Shown here in pieces: positions 38,853-47,909 of a stretch of DNA of 64,000 nt. A program made the translations under genes and the position numbers. The notes beneath the pieces are model-generated. The model ran no database searches and was not told where the DNA came from. It saw only the letters and a program-made list of their open reading frames with translations. The stretch's first letter is position 1; each line of letters starts with the position of its first letter. Source of the DNA: Vicinamibacterales bacterium (lineage in GTDB: Bacteria; Acidobacteriota; Vicinamibacteria; Vicinamibacterales; 2-12-FULL-66-21); assembly GCA_035492775.1 (NCBI GenBank), contig DATJIW010000090.1:6737-70736 (forward strand), read 5' to 3'.

Positions 38853-39668
38853 ATGGCCAAGGCAAAGGGCGCGAAGCGGGCACAGCGGTCGAAGAGCCCG
38901 TCGGCGAAGCGGGCGGGCGGAGGCCGTCGGGCGGCAGCGTCAGGGAGCCGGGGCCGGGCCCGAAAAGGCGCGAAAAAGGGGGCCCGCCGCAGCGCGGCAA
39001 AAAGCCTCAAGAAAAAGGCCGGCCGTAAGTCCGCCGGCCGTCCCGCGGCGAAGCAGGCGCGCAAGCCCAGCCGCCGTTCGGCGACGAAGAGGTCCACCAC
39101 CAGGGCCGCGTCGGCCAAGCCGCGTCGGACGGTACGAAAAGGCGGCACCGGACGCGAACGCGAACTCGCACAGACGCCGGAAACCGGCCGCACCGTAAAG
39201 GGACGAACGAACCCGATGCGGACGATTCGCTCGACCGGCACGCCGGCAGGCGCCGGCGACAGCCGCCATGTGCCGGCGCTGGAGCGGCAGCGTCGTCAAC
39301 TTCGCGACATCGAGGAAATGGTCCCCGAGCCGCCGTCGAGCCTCAACATGGATCGGCGCGCGTCGGCCGCGCGAACCGGCCGGGCCGAAATGCGCGAGGC
39401 GCGGCGCCAGCACACCGAGACCAGCCCTGCGATGACAGGCGGGGATGTCGACGCCGACTGGGAAGACGCCTACGCGGTGGGCGACGAAGCCCCCGGAGGC
39501 GACAATCCGACACCCGACCAGGATGTGGTGGACGACATCGGCCGCGCTCTCGGCATCGAGTATCAAGATAATGAAGAGCTGAAGGCGTCAGACAAGATCG
39601 CCAAGCGCGACAAGCATCGCTGGGAACTCGATCCGGCATCCTCGGAGGATTATCGCGATCGGGATTGA
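38853..39668 (+). CDS. Hypothetical protein: histone H1-like Lys/Arg/Ala-rich N-terminal half, acidic conserved-looking C-terminal domain
   Basis: MAKAKGAKRAQRSKSPSAKRAGGGRRAA...KKKAGRKSAGRPAAKQARKP, then ...GGDVDADWEDAYAVGDEAPGGDNPTPDQDVVDDIGRALGIEYQDNEEL.... AGGA about 10 nt upstream of the ATG. Confidence 0.6.
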   Translation: MAKAKGAKRAQRSKSPSAKRAGGGRRAAASGSRGRARKGAKKGARRSAAKSLKKKAGRKSAGRPAAKQARKPSRRSATKRSTTRAASAKPRRTVRKGGTGRERELAQTPETGRTVKGRTNPMRTIRSTGTPAGAGDSRHVPALERQRRQLRDIEEMVPEPPSSLNMDRRASAARTGRAEMREARRQHTETSPAMTGGDVDADWEDAYAVGDEAPGGDNPTPDQDVVDDIGRALGIEYQDNEELKASDKIAKRDKHRWELDPASSEDYRDRD

Positions 39669-39710
39669 CGCGTTTAGCGTTACGATGAGCGCGCATCGGG
39701 AGGTGCACGG

Positions 39711-41996
39711 ATGCGCGCTCTTCTTCGGTCGGCGGCGGTCCTCGCGTTTCTGAGCGCGGCATCCGTCACGCTCCTCTCTCGACAGGCTCCTTCCACTCCT
39801 GCGAACGACTCGCGCGTCGACTTCGCGCGCGACGTGCGTCCGATCTTCCAGCAGCACTGTATCGAGTGCCACGGCGACGACAAGCAGATGAACAGCTTCA
39901 GGCTCGATCGCCGGAGCGCTGCGTTGCGGGGCGGGACGATGACCGTGATCGGCCGCGGCAGCGCGCAATCGAGCCGGTTGTATTTGAGGCTGATCGGCAC
40001 CCGCTACGGTGCGCGGATGCCCTTCAAGCGCGATCCGCTCGCGCCCGAACAAATCGACATCATCAAGCGGTGGATCGATCAAGGCGCGCCGTGGCCGGAC
40101 GATCTCTCGGGCGACACGCCCGCCGTGCCGCCGGACCCTGCGGCCGTCACGGCGTTCGACGCGCTCAGAGCCGGCGACCGGCGCGGGTTTGTCGCTGCGA
40201 TTGAGGGCAATCCAAACGTCTCGACGTTGCGCGGTCCCGGCGGCGACACCCCGCTGATGATGGCGTCGCAGTATGGAGACGCCGCGCTCGTTCGCGTGCT
40301 GCTCGAGGCAGGGGCCAGGCCGAACGTCACAAACGATGCGGGCGCCACGCCGCTGATGCGCGCGGTCGATGATCTCGAGAAAACGCGGCTCCTCGTCGAG
40401 CACGGCGCAAACGTCACCGCCCGATCGGACAACCATCGGACCGCAGTCATCATCGCATCCGGTATTCGCGGCAACCATGAGGCCGTCGCCTATCTCCTCG
40501 ACCACGGTGCGAACCCCTCAGACCATGCGCCCGGACTGCAGGCCGAGACGACGCCCCTTGCAGAGGCGGCCAAGCAGGGAGATGCCGCGATGATTTCTCT
40601 GCTGATCGAGCGCGGGGCGGACGTGGCCGCCGCCGGTCCAGGGCCGCTGGCGTTCTCGTTGCGAGCGCACTGCGACGCGTGCATCGAAGCCCTCCTGCCC
40701 AGAACGCCGGCGCCGTTCGTGACGGCGGCGATGATCATCGCCGGGCCGCCGCTCGGGCCGGCGCTGGCGACGCCGTTCCTCCTGTCGCATGGGGCGGACC
40801 CGAACGCCACGAGTCCAACCGGGTACCCGATGCTCGTGCTCGCGGCCGCTTCCGACGCGCAGTCGATCGACGTCGTGCAGGCGCTCATCGACCGCGGCGC
40901 GAACGTGAGGGCTCGCGGCCCGAATGGCGAGACCGCACTCGACGTCGCGCGCCAGCATGGGCGCTCGCCGCTCATCCCGATACTGACGAATGCGGGCGTC
41001 ACGGAAACGCCTGTTCCGGCGGCGGCGACGATCCCCGCGTTTGCGCCGGCGCATTCCGCGGCGGAAGCGGTCCGCAGGAGCCTTCCGCTCCTCCAGCAGT
41101 CGGACGTTCGGTTCCTCGACCGCGCCGGCTGCGTGTCGTGCCACAACAATGCGATGACGGCCACGACGGTTGCGACGGCTCGCAGCGGCGGCGTCGGCGT
41201 GAACGAGACCGTCGCCACGCAGCAGCGCGCCCGCATCAGTGCCTATCTCGACGACTGGCGCGAACGTGTGCTGCAGATACAGGGGATCCCAGGCGATCAC
41301 GACACCATCAGCGAGATCCTGATTGGGCTGGCGGACGAGCACCAGCCTGGAAACGCGGCGACGGACGCCATGGTCGGCTTCGTTCTGCGTCAGCAGCAGG
41401 CCGACGGCCGCTGGCCGATTTTTGGGCACCGACCGCCGATCGCGTCCGGCGACATCCAATCGACCGCTGTCTCGTTGCGCGCCGTTCAAGCGTTTGCTCC
41501 GCCGGCCCAGCGTTCCAAAGCCGACGCGGCGCTGGCAAAAGCAGCCGCGTGGCTCGCACAGGCCACGCCGAACTCCACCCACGACCGCGCGTATCAGATA
41601 CTCGGTCTGCACTGGGCCGGGGGCCACGATGCGCTCATCGCGGCTGCTGCGCGGGATCTCGTCGCCACACAGCGGGCCGATGGCGGCTGGGCGCAACTGT
41701 CGACGACGGAAAGCGACGCGTATGCGACGGGCCAGGCGCTCGTGGCGCTGCTGAGCAGCGGCGCCATGACACCGAAAGCCCCCGTCATCCGACGCGGCAT
41801 GCAGTTCCTGCTCAGGACCCAGTTCGGGGACGGCTCATGGCACGTCGCGACACGCGCGGTCCCGATCCAGCCGTACTTCGACGCCGGCTTCCCCTACGGG
41901 AAAGATCAATTCATTTCCGCCGCCGCGACGAACTGGGCGACGCAGGCGCTGATACTGGCAAGCACGCCGGCAGCCAGGACGGCGCCCACGCGGTGA
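39711..41996 (+). CDS. Secreted multidomain protein: PSCyt1-type cytochrome c domain + ankyrin repeats + second CxxCH + prenyltransferase/terpene-cyclase-like repeats
   Basis: Signal peptide. FQQHCIECHGDDKQMNSFRLD (CxxCH). Ankyrin units (GDTPLMMASQYGDAALVRVLLEAGARPN, GATPLMRAV...). CVSCHNN. QQADGRWP / QRADGGWAQ / QFGDGSWH repeats. Confidence 0.65.
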   Translation: MRALLRSAAVLAFLSAASVTLLSRQAPSTPANDSRVDFARDVRPIFQQHCIECHGDDKQMNSFRLDRRSAALRGGTMTVIGRGSAQSSRLYLRLIGTRYGARMPFKRDPLAPEQIDIIKRWIDQGAPWPDDLSGDTPAVPPDPAAVTAFDALRAGDRRGFVAAIEGNPNVSTLRGPGGDTPLMMASQYGDAALVRVLLEAGARPNVTNDAGATPLMRAVDDLEKTRLLVEHGANVTARSDNHRTAVIIASGIRGNHEAVAYLLDHGANPSDHAPGLQAETTPLAEAAKQGDAAMISLLIERGADVAAAGPGPLAFSLRAHCDACIEALLPRTPAPFVTAAMIIAGPPLGPALATPFLLSHGADPNATSPTGYPMLVLAAASDAQSIDVVQALIDRGANVRARGPNGETALDVARQHGRSPLIPILTNAGVTETPVPAAATIPAFAPAHSAAEAVRRSLPLLQQSDVRFLDRAGCVSCHNNAMTATTVATARSGGVGVNETVATQQRARISAYLDDWRERVLQIQGIPGDHDTISEILIGLADEHQPGNAATDAMVGFVLRQQQADGRWPIFGHRPPIASGDIQSTAVSLRAVQAFAPPAQRSKADAALAKAAAWLAQATPNSTHDRAYQILGLHWAGGHDALIAAAARDLVATQRADGGWAQLSTTESDAYATGQALVALLSSGAMTPKAPVIRRGMQFLLRTQFGDGSWHVATRAVPIQPYFDAGFPYGKDQFISAAATNWATQALILASTPAARTAPTR

Positions 41997-42039
41997 GTTC
42001 GATCTGACGAGCAACTGAATCGCGCAACCGAAGTGCGCG

Positions 42040-42696
42040 CTACGCGGACGCGACGATCTCGAGCACGCGCTGGATGACGACGTCGAGCGGCATGCCGGTG
42101 GTGTCGAGCAGGACCGCGTCCGGCGCGATGGCCAGCGGTGAGGCCGCGCGAGTGCTGTCGCTGCGATCGCGTTCGGCCAGCGCCGTCGCGACATCGGCAA
42201 TGCGCACGCTGTGCGCGCCGTGCGCCGGGTCCGCGGCGCGGCGCCGCGCGCGCTCCTCTGGCGAGGCGTCGAGATAGATCTTCACGTCGGCATCGGGGAA
42301 CACCACCGTGCCGATGTCCCGGCCTTCCATGACAATGCCGCCCTCTGTTCCGTACTCGCGCTGACGTGCGACGAGCACGCGGCGGACGCCGGGATGCCGC
42401 GCCACGGCGGCCGCGGCTGCATCCATGTCCGGCGTGCGAATCGCTGCCGCGACATCGTGCCCGTCGATCACGACCCTGCCATCTTCGAGATCGAAACGGG
42501 CGCGCTCGCCAACTGCCGCGACGGCCTGCTCGTCCTCGAGATCGATCCCATCCGCTCGTGCTTTCCACGCCACCGCCCGATACATCGCACCCGTGTCGAT
42601 GTGGCGGTAGCCGAGCCTCGACGCGACGGCGCGAGCCACCGTTCCCTTGCCCGCGCCGGACGGCCCGTCGATCGCGACGATCAGGCGTTTCTGCAC
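42040..42696 (-). CDS. cmk: Cytidylate kinase
   Basis: GTG 42696 gives (M)QKRLIVAIDGPSGAGKGTVARAVASRLGYRHIDTGAMYRAV, with P-loop and CMP-binding motif. Confidence 0.9.
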   Translation of the reverse strand: MQKRLIVAIDGPSGAGKGTVARAVASRLGYRHIDTGAMYRAVAWKARADGIDLEDEQAVAAVGERARFDLEDGRVVIDGHDVAAAIRTPDMDAAAAAVARHPGVRRVLVARQREYGTEGGIVMEGRDIGTVVFPDADVKIYLDASPEERARRRAADPAHGAHSVRIADVATALAERDRSDSTRAASPLAIAPDAVLLDTTGMPLDVVIQRVLEIVASA

Positions 42697-42703
42697 AGTT
42701 GGT

Positions 42704-42709
42704 ATTATC
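42704..42709 (-). promoter_or_regulatory. GATAAT -10 box 7 nt upstream of the cmk GTG start (candidate leaderless promoter)
   Basis: Minus strand reads gcggGATAATaccaactGTGcag. Confidence 0.3.
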
Positions 42710-42720
42710 CCGCAACAGGC

Positions 42721-43881
42721 ATGCGCACACTGCTGAAGCGCGCGGCCGCCGCGGCCGTAATCCTGGCCGCAATCGTGGCGTTCGCGGTCGCGCATTACCG
42801 GCACGGCGCCGCGTTCATCATCGAAGCGACCGACGCGCAAGGACTTCTCCGTCGGGCGGCGGCATTCGAGTCGCAGAGCGTCACGCGTGTGCCCGGAGAA
42901 GCCGCGGTGCCCTGGCGCGGCGGCACGCTGCGCGCCTATGTCTATCGTCCTGCGCAGGTACTCGGCCGGACGATCCTGCTCGTGCCCGGCGTCCACGCGA
43001 GCGGCATCGACGAGCCGCGCCTCGTGGGATTCGCCAACGATCTCGCCGCGCAGGGCCGCATCGTCATCAGCGTCGAACTTCCGGATCTGAAGGCCTACGC
43101 GATCACGCCGCGGACGACCGACATGATCGAAGACGCGGCCACGTGGAGCCTCAGCCGCCCGGAATACCGCGCGGGCGACGGACGCATCGGGTTGATGGGC
43201 ATCAGTTTCGGCGGCGGCCTGGCGATCGCAGCGGCGGGACGGCCGGGCATCCGCGACCGGCTCGCGTTCGTGCTGTCGCTCGGCGGCCACGGCGATCTTC
43301 CGCGCACGCTGAAGTATCTCTGCACCGGAATCCAGCCCGACGGCGCGTCGCGACCGCCACACGACTACGGACTTGCGGTGGTACTGCTCGGCGCCGCGCC
43401 GCGCGTCGTGCCGGCGCGACAGGTGCAGCCGCTGCGCGCAGCCATTCTGGCCTTCCTCGAAGCCTCGCGCCTCGACATGATCGACAAGACGGCCGCCGCG
43501 CAGGAATTCGCACACGCGAAGGATCTCGAGGCCGCACTTCCCGAGCCGGCGAGAACGTACATGGACTACGTCAACAAGCGCGACGTCGCGATGCTCGGCC
43601 CCGTGCTCCTGCCATACGTCCCGGACCTCGGCGGTGATCCCGCGCTGTCGCCCGACCGCTCGACACCGCCGGCGTGCCCCGTCTTTCTCCTGCACGGTAC
43701 GACCGACAACGTGGTGCCCGCCGTCGAATCGACCCTGCTTGCGTCGACGCTCCGCGGCGAGGGACGCACGGTGCGGGTCCTTCTGTCGCCGCTCATCACG
43801 CACGCGGAGGTCGACCGCCACTCGACGGCGGTCGCGCTCTGGCGACTGGTAGATTTCTGGAACGCTGTCCTGGTGGAGTGA
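42721..43881 (+). CDS. Alpha/beta hydrolase family protein with N-terminal membrane anchor
   Basis: ATG 42721 gives MRTLLKRAAAAAVILAAIVAFAV. Nucleophile elbow GISFGG, late LLHGTTDNVVP and ITHAE His region. Confidence 0.7.
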   Translation: MRTLLKRAAAAAVILAAIVAFAVAHYRHGAAFIIEATDAQGLLRRAAAFESQSVTRVPGEAAVPWRGGTLRAYVYRPAQVLGRTILLVPGVHASGIDEPRLVGFANDLAAQGRIVISVELPDLKAYAITPRTTDMIEDAATWSLSRPEYRAGDGRIGLMGISFGGGLAIAAAGRPGIRDRLAFVLSLGGHGDLPRTLKYLCTGIQPDGASRPPHDYGLAVVLLGAAPRVVPARQVQPLRAAILAFLEASRLDMIDKTAAAQEFAHAKDLEAALPEPARTYMDYVNKRDVAMLGPVLLPYVPDLGGDPALSPDRSTPPACPVFLLHGTTDNVVPAVESTLLASTLRGEGRTVRVLLSPLITHAEVDRHSTAVALWRLVDFWNAVLVE

Positions 43882-43886
43882 AGACG

Positions 43887-46286
43887 TCAGTCGCGCGTCA
43901 GCGTGGCGATGGGATCCACACGGGTCGCGCGTCTCGCGGGCACATAGCTCGCCAGAACGGCGACGCCGACGAGGAGCGCGGCGGCAGGAAGGAACGCGCG
44001 GGGATCGCGCGCAGGCGTCTCGAAGAGCAGCGCGCGCAGAATGCCGGCGGCGCCCCACGCAATCGCAAGACCGGCAGCGGTTCCTGCGACGGCCAGCGCT
44101 GCCCCGTCACGAAAGAACAAACGGACGATCTGCGCGGGCGGCGCGCCAAGCGCCACACGAATCGCAATCTCGCGCGAGCGCTGTGCGACCGTGAACGCCA
44201 CCGTTCCATACAATCCGAGCGCTGCAAGTGCGAGCGCCACGGCACCGAACGTGCCGAGCATGACGACGCGGAAGCGCGGCGCCGACACGGCACGCTGGCG
44301 GTTCGCGTCGAGCGACTCGATCTCGTCAGCCGGAAGGGAAGGATCGAGCGTCCGAACGGCCTGGCGAATCGCTTCCGAAAGGCCGGGCGTCCCGGCGCGA
44401 GCGCGAACGAGCAGGGTCATTCCCTCCATCGGGACCTGCGCGTATGGCAGGTACACCAGCGGCGTTGGCGGCGAATCAAGCCGCGTATCACGTACGTCGC
44501 CAACCACGCCGACGACCGTTCTCGGCGATCCGTCGAGTCCGCCCCAGTAAAACCGGCGGCCGACGGCGGTTTCGCGCGGCCACAATCGGTCAGCCAGACC
44601 GCGGGAGATCACCGCCACGGGCTCGCGGCCATCGCGGTCGGCCGGCGTGAACGTCCGGCCGGCGATCACCGGAATCTCGAGCGCATCGAAGAACCCGGGC
44701 GTCACGCTGCGCCATCCGGCCTGCATCAATCCGCTTGGAGGAGCGTCGGCTTTGCGCTCCTCGGGTGTGACGTCGTTTGCAAATCCCCATTCGCGAAACG
44801 GATTCGTGGCCGTTGCACCGACCGCCTCGACCCCAGGGGTCGCCGCCAGGCGGTCTCCGAGAGCATCGAAGAATACGATCCGCCGTTCATCCGAGTAGCG
44901 CGGCGCCGCGAGCGAGAGCGGCACGGTCAACACTCCGCGCGCGTGAAAGCCGGGATCTACCAGCGACAATCGCGCGAGGCTGCCAATCAAGAGGAACGAG
45001 CCGGCGAGCAGCACCATCGCCAGCGCAACCTGCACCGTCACGAGCCCGTTCGACCACCGCCGGCTGCGGCGCGTCGTTCCCCGGCCGCCGGATCGGAGTG
45101 TCGAGGCGACTTCAGCCGGCGCTGCGTGAAACGCGGGCACCGTGCCGAACAGCAGCGTCGCCACGCACACGATCAGCGCGGTGACGCCGACGACGCGCCC
45201 GTCGATCTGCGCCACGCGTCCGAGCGGAAGCACGCCCGAGAGGAGCGCCGACAGGCCCGTCACCGTCCACTCCGCTCCGAGAAGTCCGATCGCGCCGCCC
45301 ACGACGGCGAGCAGCAGATGTTCCGTCAGCAGTTGACGAATCAACCGCGCCCGGCCGGCGCCCAGGGCGCCACGGATGCCCATTTCGAACCGGCGCACCG
45401 GCATGCGGCTCATGAGCAGACCGGCGATATTCGCGCACGCGAGCGCGAGCAGCGCCACGACCGCGCCGGCGAGCACCCACATCGTGCGGCGGACGCCGGG
45501 CCCGATCAGCCAGTCGTCGATCGTCTCCGCCTGCGCGCTCCACATGCGCAGCTCGGGATGCTCGGCGGCCAGCTCGCCGATCACCGTCGCCGCATCTTCG
45601 GTGACGGCAGCGGCGCTGTATCCCGGTTTCACCCGCGCAACGACATCCAGCCACTTGTCGGTGCGATCGCGCGCCATCGACGGCGCCAGCGGTACCCAGA
45701 CGTCGACCGCCGGCACGACGCCGCGGTTCGGCAGAATGCCCACGATCGCCACCGGCGAACCGTCGAGGACGATCGTCCGCCCTACCGCTCCGGGATCGCC
45801 GTGCAGACGACGCCGCCACAGCGCTTCGCTGACGATGGCAACGCTCGCGCTCCCTGGGTGTTCGTCATCGTTCGTGAACAGCCGGCCGCCGACGGGGCTC
45901 ACGCCGAGCATCGGAAACAGTGTGGCCGTCACCGCCGCCGCTTCAACGCGGGTGGCGTCGCCGGCGCCGGTGAGCGTCGCCTGCAACGGCTTCATCGCGG
46001 CAATGGACGAAATCGTGTGCAACCGCTGCGCGAGATCGAGGTAGTCCGGTTCGGACACGCTGAAAGGCTGCCCTTCCGGCGTGACTTCGCGCACTCTCAC
46101 GACCGACGCCGGATCGGCGAACGGGAGCGGACGAAGGATTGCGGCGTCGACCACGCTGAAAGTCGCAGCGGTGCCGCAAATCCCGATAGCAAGTGTGAAC
46201 GAAACGGCGAGGGTCAACCCGGGTGACGCCCACAACCGGCGGACCGCGTAACGCAGATCCTGCAGCACGGAATCCACGGGATTCAT
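43887..46286 (-). CDS. ADOP family duplicated MacB/FtsX-like permease (second copy, no adjacent PadR)
   Basis: ATG 46286 gives MNPVDSVLQDLRYAVRRLWASPGLTLAVSFTLAIGI, the canonical ADOP N-terminus. Two FtsX-type modules (...TVAQRSREIAIRVALGA...). Confidence 0.85.
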   Translation of the reverse strand: MNPVDSVLQDLRYAVRRLWASPGLTLAVSFTLAIGICGTAATFSVVDAAILRPLPFADPASVVRVREVTPEGQPFSVSEPDYLDLAQRLHTISSIAAMKPLQATLTGAGDATRVEAAAVTATLFPMLGVSPVGGRLFTNDDEHPGSASVAIVSEALWRRRLHGDPGAVGRTIVLDGSPVAIVGILPNRGVVPAVDVWVPLAPSMARDRTDKWLDVVARVKPGYSAAAVTEDAATVIGELAAEHPELRMWSAQAETIDDWLIGPGVRRTMWVLAGAVVALLALACANIAGLLMSRMPVRRFEMGIRGALGAGRARLIRQLLTEHLLLAVVGGAIGLLGAEWTVTGLSALLSGVLPLGRVAQIDGRVVGVTALIVCVATLLFGTVPAFHAAPAEVASTLRSGGRGTTRRSRRWSNGLVTVQVALAMVLLAGSFLLIGSLARLSLVDPGFHARGVLTVPLSLAAPRYSDERRIVFFDALGDRLAATPGVEAVGATATNPFREWGFANDVTPEERKADAPPSGLMQAGWRSVTPGFFDALEIPVIAGRTFTPADRDGREPVAVISRGLADRLWPRETAVGRRFYWGGLDGSPRTVVGVVGDVRDTRLDSPPTPLVYLPYAQVPMEGMTLLVRARAGTPGLSEAIRQAVRTLDPSLPADEIESLDANRQRAVSAPRFRVVMLGTFGAVALALAALGLYGTVAFTVAQRSREIAIRVALGAPPAQIVRLFFRDGAALAVAGTAAGLAIAWGAAGILRALLFETPARDPRAFLPAAALLVGVAVLASYVPARRATRVDPIATLTRD

Positions 46287-46416
46287 TCGAGCAGTAACCA
46301 TACCATCGTGAATCTGTGGACTTTCCTTCTGTTTCCCGTGCAGCACTCGCCCCGAAATGTCCGGAACCGGACAAAAACGCGGCCGGAACCGGCCAGCGGG
46401 GTTGTAGACTTTTTTC

Positions 46417-47232
46417 GTGACCAAAGAAAGGTACAGGAAGGAAGACAAAAGGCCGGAAAGAGGCGGAGGAACAGCTGCGCAGTTGAAGTCGGACAGCAGG
46501 AGTGCCGAGCGGCTGCAGAAGCTGCTCTCGATGGCCGGCATAGCATCGCGCCGGCTATCCGAGGACCTCATTCGCGAGGGCAGGGTGAGCGTCAACGGGG
46601 TCGTCATCACGGAACTCGGAACGAAAGCCGATCTCGAGCGCGACGACGTGCGGGTAGACGGCCGTCGCGTCCATGCACAGCGCCGGCTGCGCTACATTCT
46701 GCTCAACAAGCCGCGCGGATACGTGACAACGCGCCGCGATCCGCAGGGGCGCCCGACGGTGATGGACCTCCTGAAGGGCGTTCGCGAGTACGTCTACCCA
46801 GTCGGCCGCCTCGATTACGATTCGGAGGGTCTGCTGCTCCTGACGAACGACGGCGAGCTGGCGGCACGGCTCACACATCCCCGACACGAGGTCGAGCGCG
46901 TGTACGAAGCCCGCGTGCGCGGCCTGCCGGATCGGCACGCGCTGGATCGGCTCGCCCGCGGAGTCGTCGTCGATGACCGGCGGACGGCGCCCGCGCGCCT
47001 CGAACTGATGGAAGCGCGCGAGGATCAGGCGATCATCCGGATCGCGCTGCACGAAGGACGGCAGCGCCAGGTGCGCAACATGTTCGAGACCGTCGGCCAT
47101 CCCGTGATCCGCCTGCGGCGGATCCGCATCGGTCCGATTGCCGACGAACGGCTGACGACCGGGTACTGGCGCGAGCTGACGCCGGGGGAAGTCGCGCGCC
47201 TGCGGCGCGCCTGCAAATTACCGAATCCGTGA
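46417..47232 (+). CDS. rluB: Pseudouridine synthase, RsuA/RluB family with S4 domain
   Basis: S4 domain RLQKLLSMAGIASRRLSEDLIREGRVSVNG. Catalytic GRLDYDSEGLLLLTNDG. Confidence 0.85.
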   Translation: MTKERYRKEDKRPERGGGTAAQLKSDSRSAERLQKLLSMAGIASRRLSEDLIREGRVSVNGVVITELGTKADLERDDVRVDGRRVHAQRRLRYILLNKPRGYVTTRRDPQGRPTVMDLLKGVREYVYPVGRLDYDSEGLLLLTNDGELAARLTHPRHEVERVYEARVRGLPDRHALDRLARGVVVDDRRTAPARLELMEAREDQAIIRIALHEGRQRQVRNMFETVGHPVIRLRRIRIGPIADERLTTGYWRELTPGEVARLRRACKLPNP

Positions 47233-47290
47233 GGTGAAATGGTGACGATGGTCTCAATGCACTGGATTCACCAACTCACCCGGTCACCAA
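47233..47290. repeat. Inverted word arrays with 8-nt period: (GGTGA-N3)x2-3 then (TCACC-N3)x3 between convergent stops
   Basis: ggtgaaat ggtgacga tggtctca atgcactgga ttcaccaa ctcacccg gtcaccaa. It starts right after the rluB TGA and ends 4 nt before the scpB stop. Confidence 0.7.
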
Positions 47291-47294
47291 TTCG

Positions 47295-47897
47295 CTAATT
47301 CTCGCGGCTCACCTCGAACGGCAGCGGCGAGGCGAGCTCGGGAGGCTGTCCCAGCGCGGCGGGCAGCTCGAATCCGAGCGCGTCGGCTAGCTCGTCGACC
47401 TTGGGCAGGTCGGAGATCTCGTTGAGGCCGAACCGCTCGAGGAACTCGCGCGTGGTGCCGTACATGAACGGACGACCCACGACCGGTTTGCGGCCGACGG
47501 TCTTCACGAGTTTACGCTCGATCAACGTGGAGAGCACGCCGGTACTGCTGCTGACGCCGCGGATCTCCGCGATCTCGGGCGCGGTCACCGGCTGGCGGTA
47601 GGCGATCACGGCCAGCGTTTCGAGCGCCTGCACCGAGAGCTTCTGCGTGGTGCGCTCGTGGAACAGCTTGCGCACCCATTCGTGCAGCTCCGGCCGGGTG
47701 GTGAGCTGGAATCCGCCCGCGACCTCCACGATCTGCAGGCCGCCGGGGCGATCGTAGTCGGCGCGCACCGATGCGAGCGCCCCATCCACGTCATCACGAG
47801 GCTCCTCCGGAAGCAGCTTGTACAGCTGCTTTGGCGTCAGCGGTTCAGGCGATGCGAAGATCAAGGCTTCGATGATTGGCTTCAGGTGGTCTGACAT
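47295..47897 (-). CDS. scpB: Segregation and condensation protein B
   Basis: IIEALIFASPEPLTPKQL... and ...IRGVSSSTGVLSTLIERKLV winged-helix pattern of ScpB. Confidence 0.85.
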   Translation of the reverse strand: MSDHLKPIIEALIFASPEPLTPKQLYKLLPEEPRDDVDGALASVRADYDRPGGLQIVEVAGGFQLTTRPELHEWVRKLFHERTTQKLSVQALETLAVIAYRQPVTAPEIAEIRGVSSSTGVLSTLIERKLVKTVGRKPVVGRPFMYGTTREFLERFGLNEISDLPKVDELADALGFELPAALGQPPELASPLPFEVSREN

Positions 47898-47909
47898 GCT
47901 CGTGACTTT

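Noticed and set aside
42040-44058. 672-aa minus-strand ORF and the 5' 170 codons of listed ORF 42211..43881
   Set aside because: Only 42040-42696 encodes cytidylate kinase. The rest is antisense to the hydrolase gene. Conversely, the hydrolase starts at ATG 42721, and its listed upstream extension is antisense to cmk.
43674-46226. 850-aa plus-strand ORF
   Set aside because: It is antisense to the ADOP permease, extremely Arg-rich with no TM or catalytic motifs.
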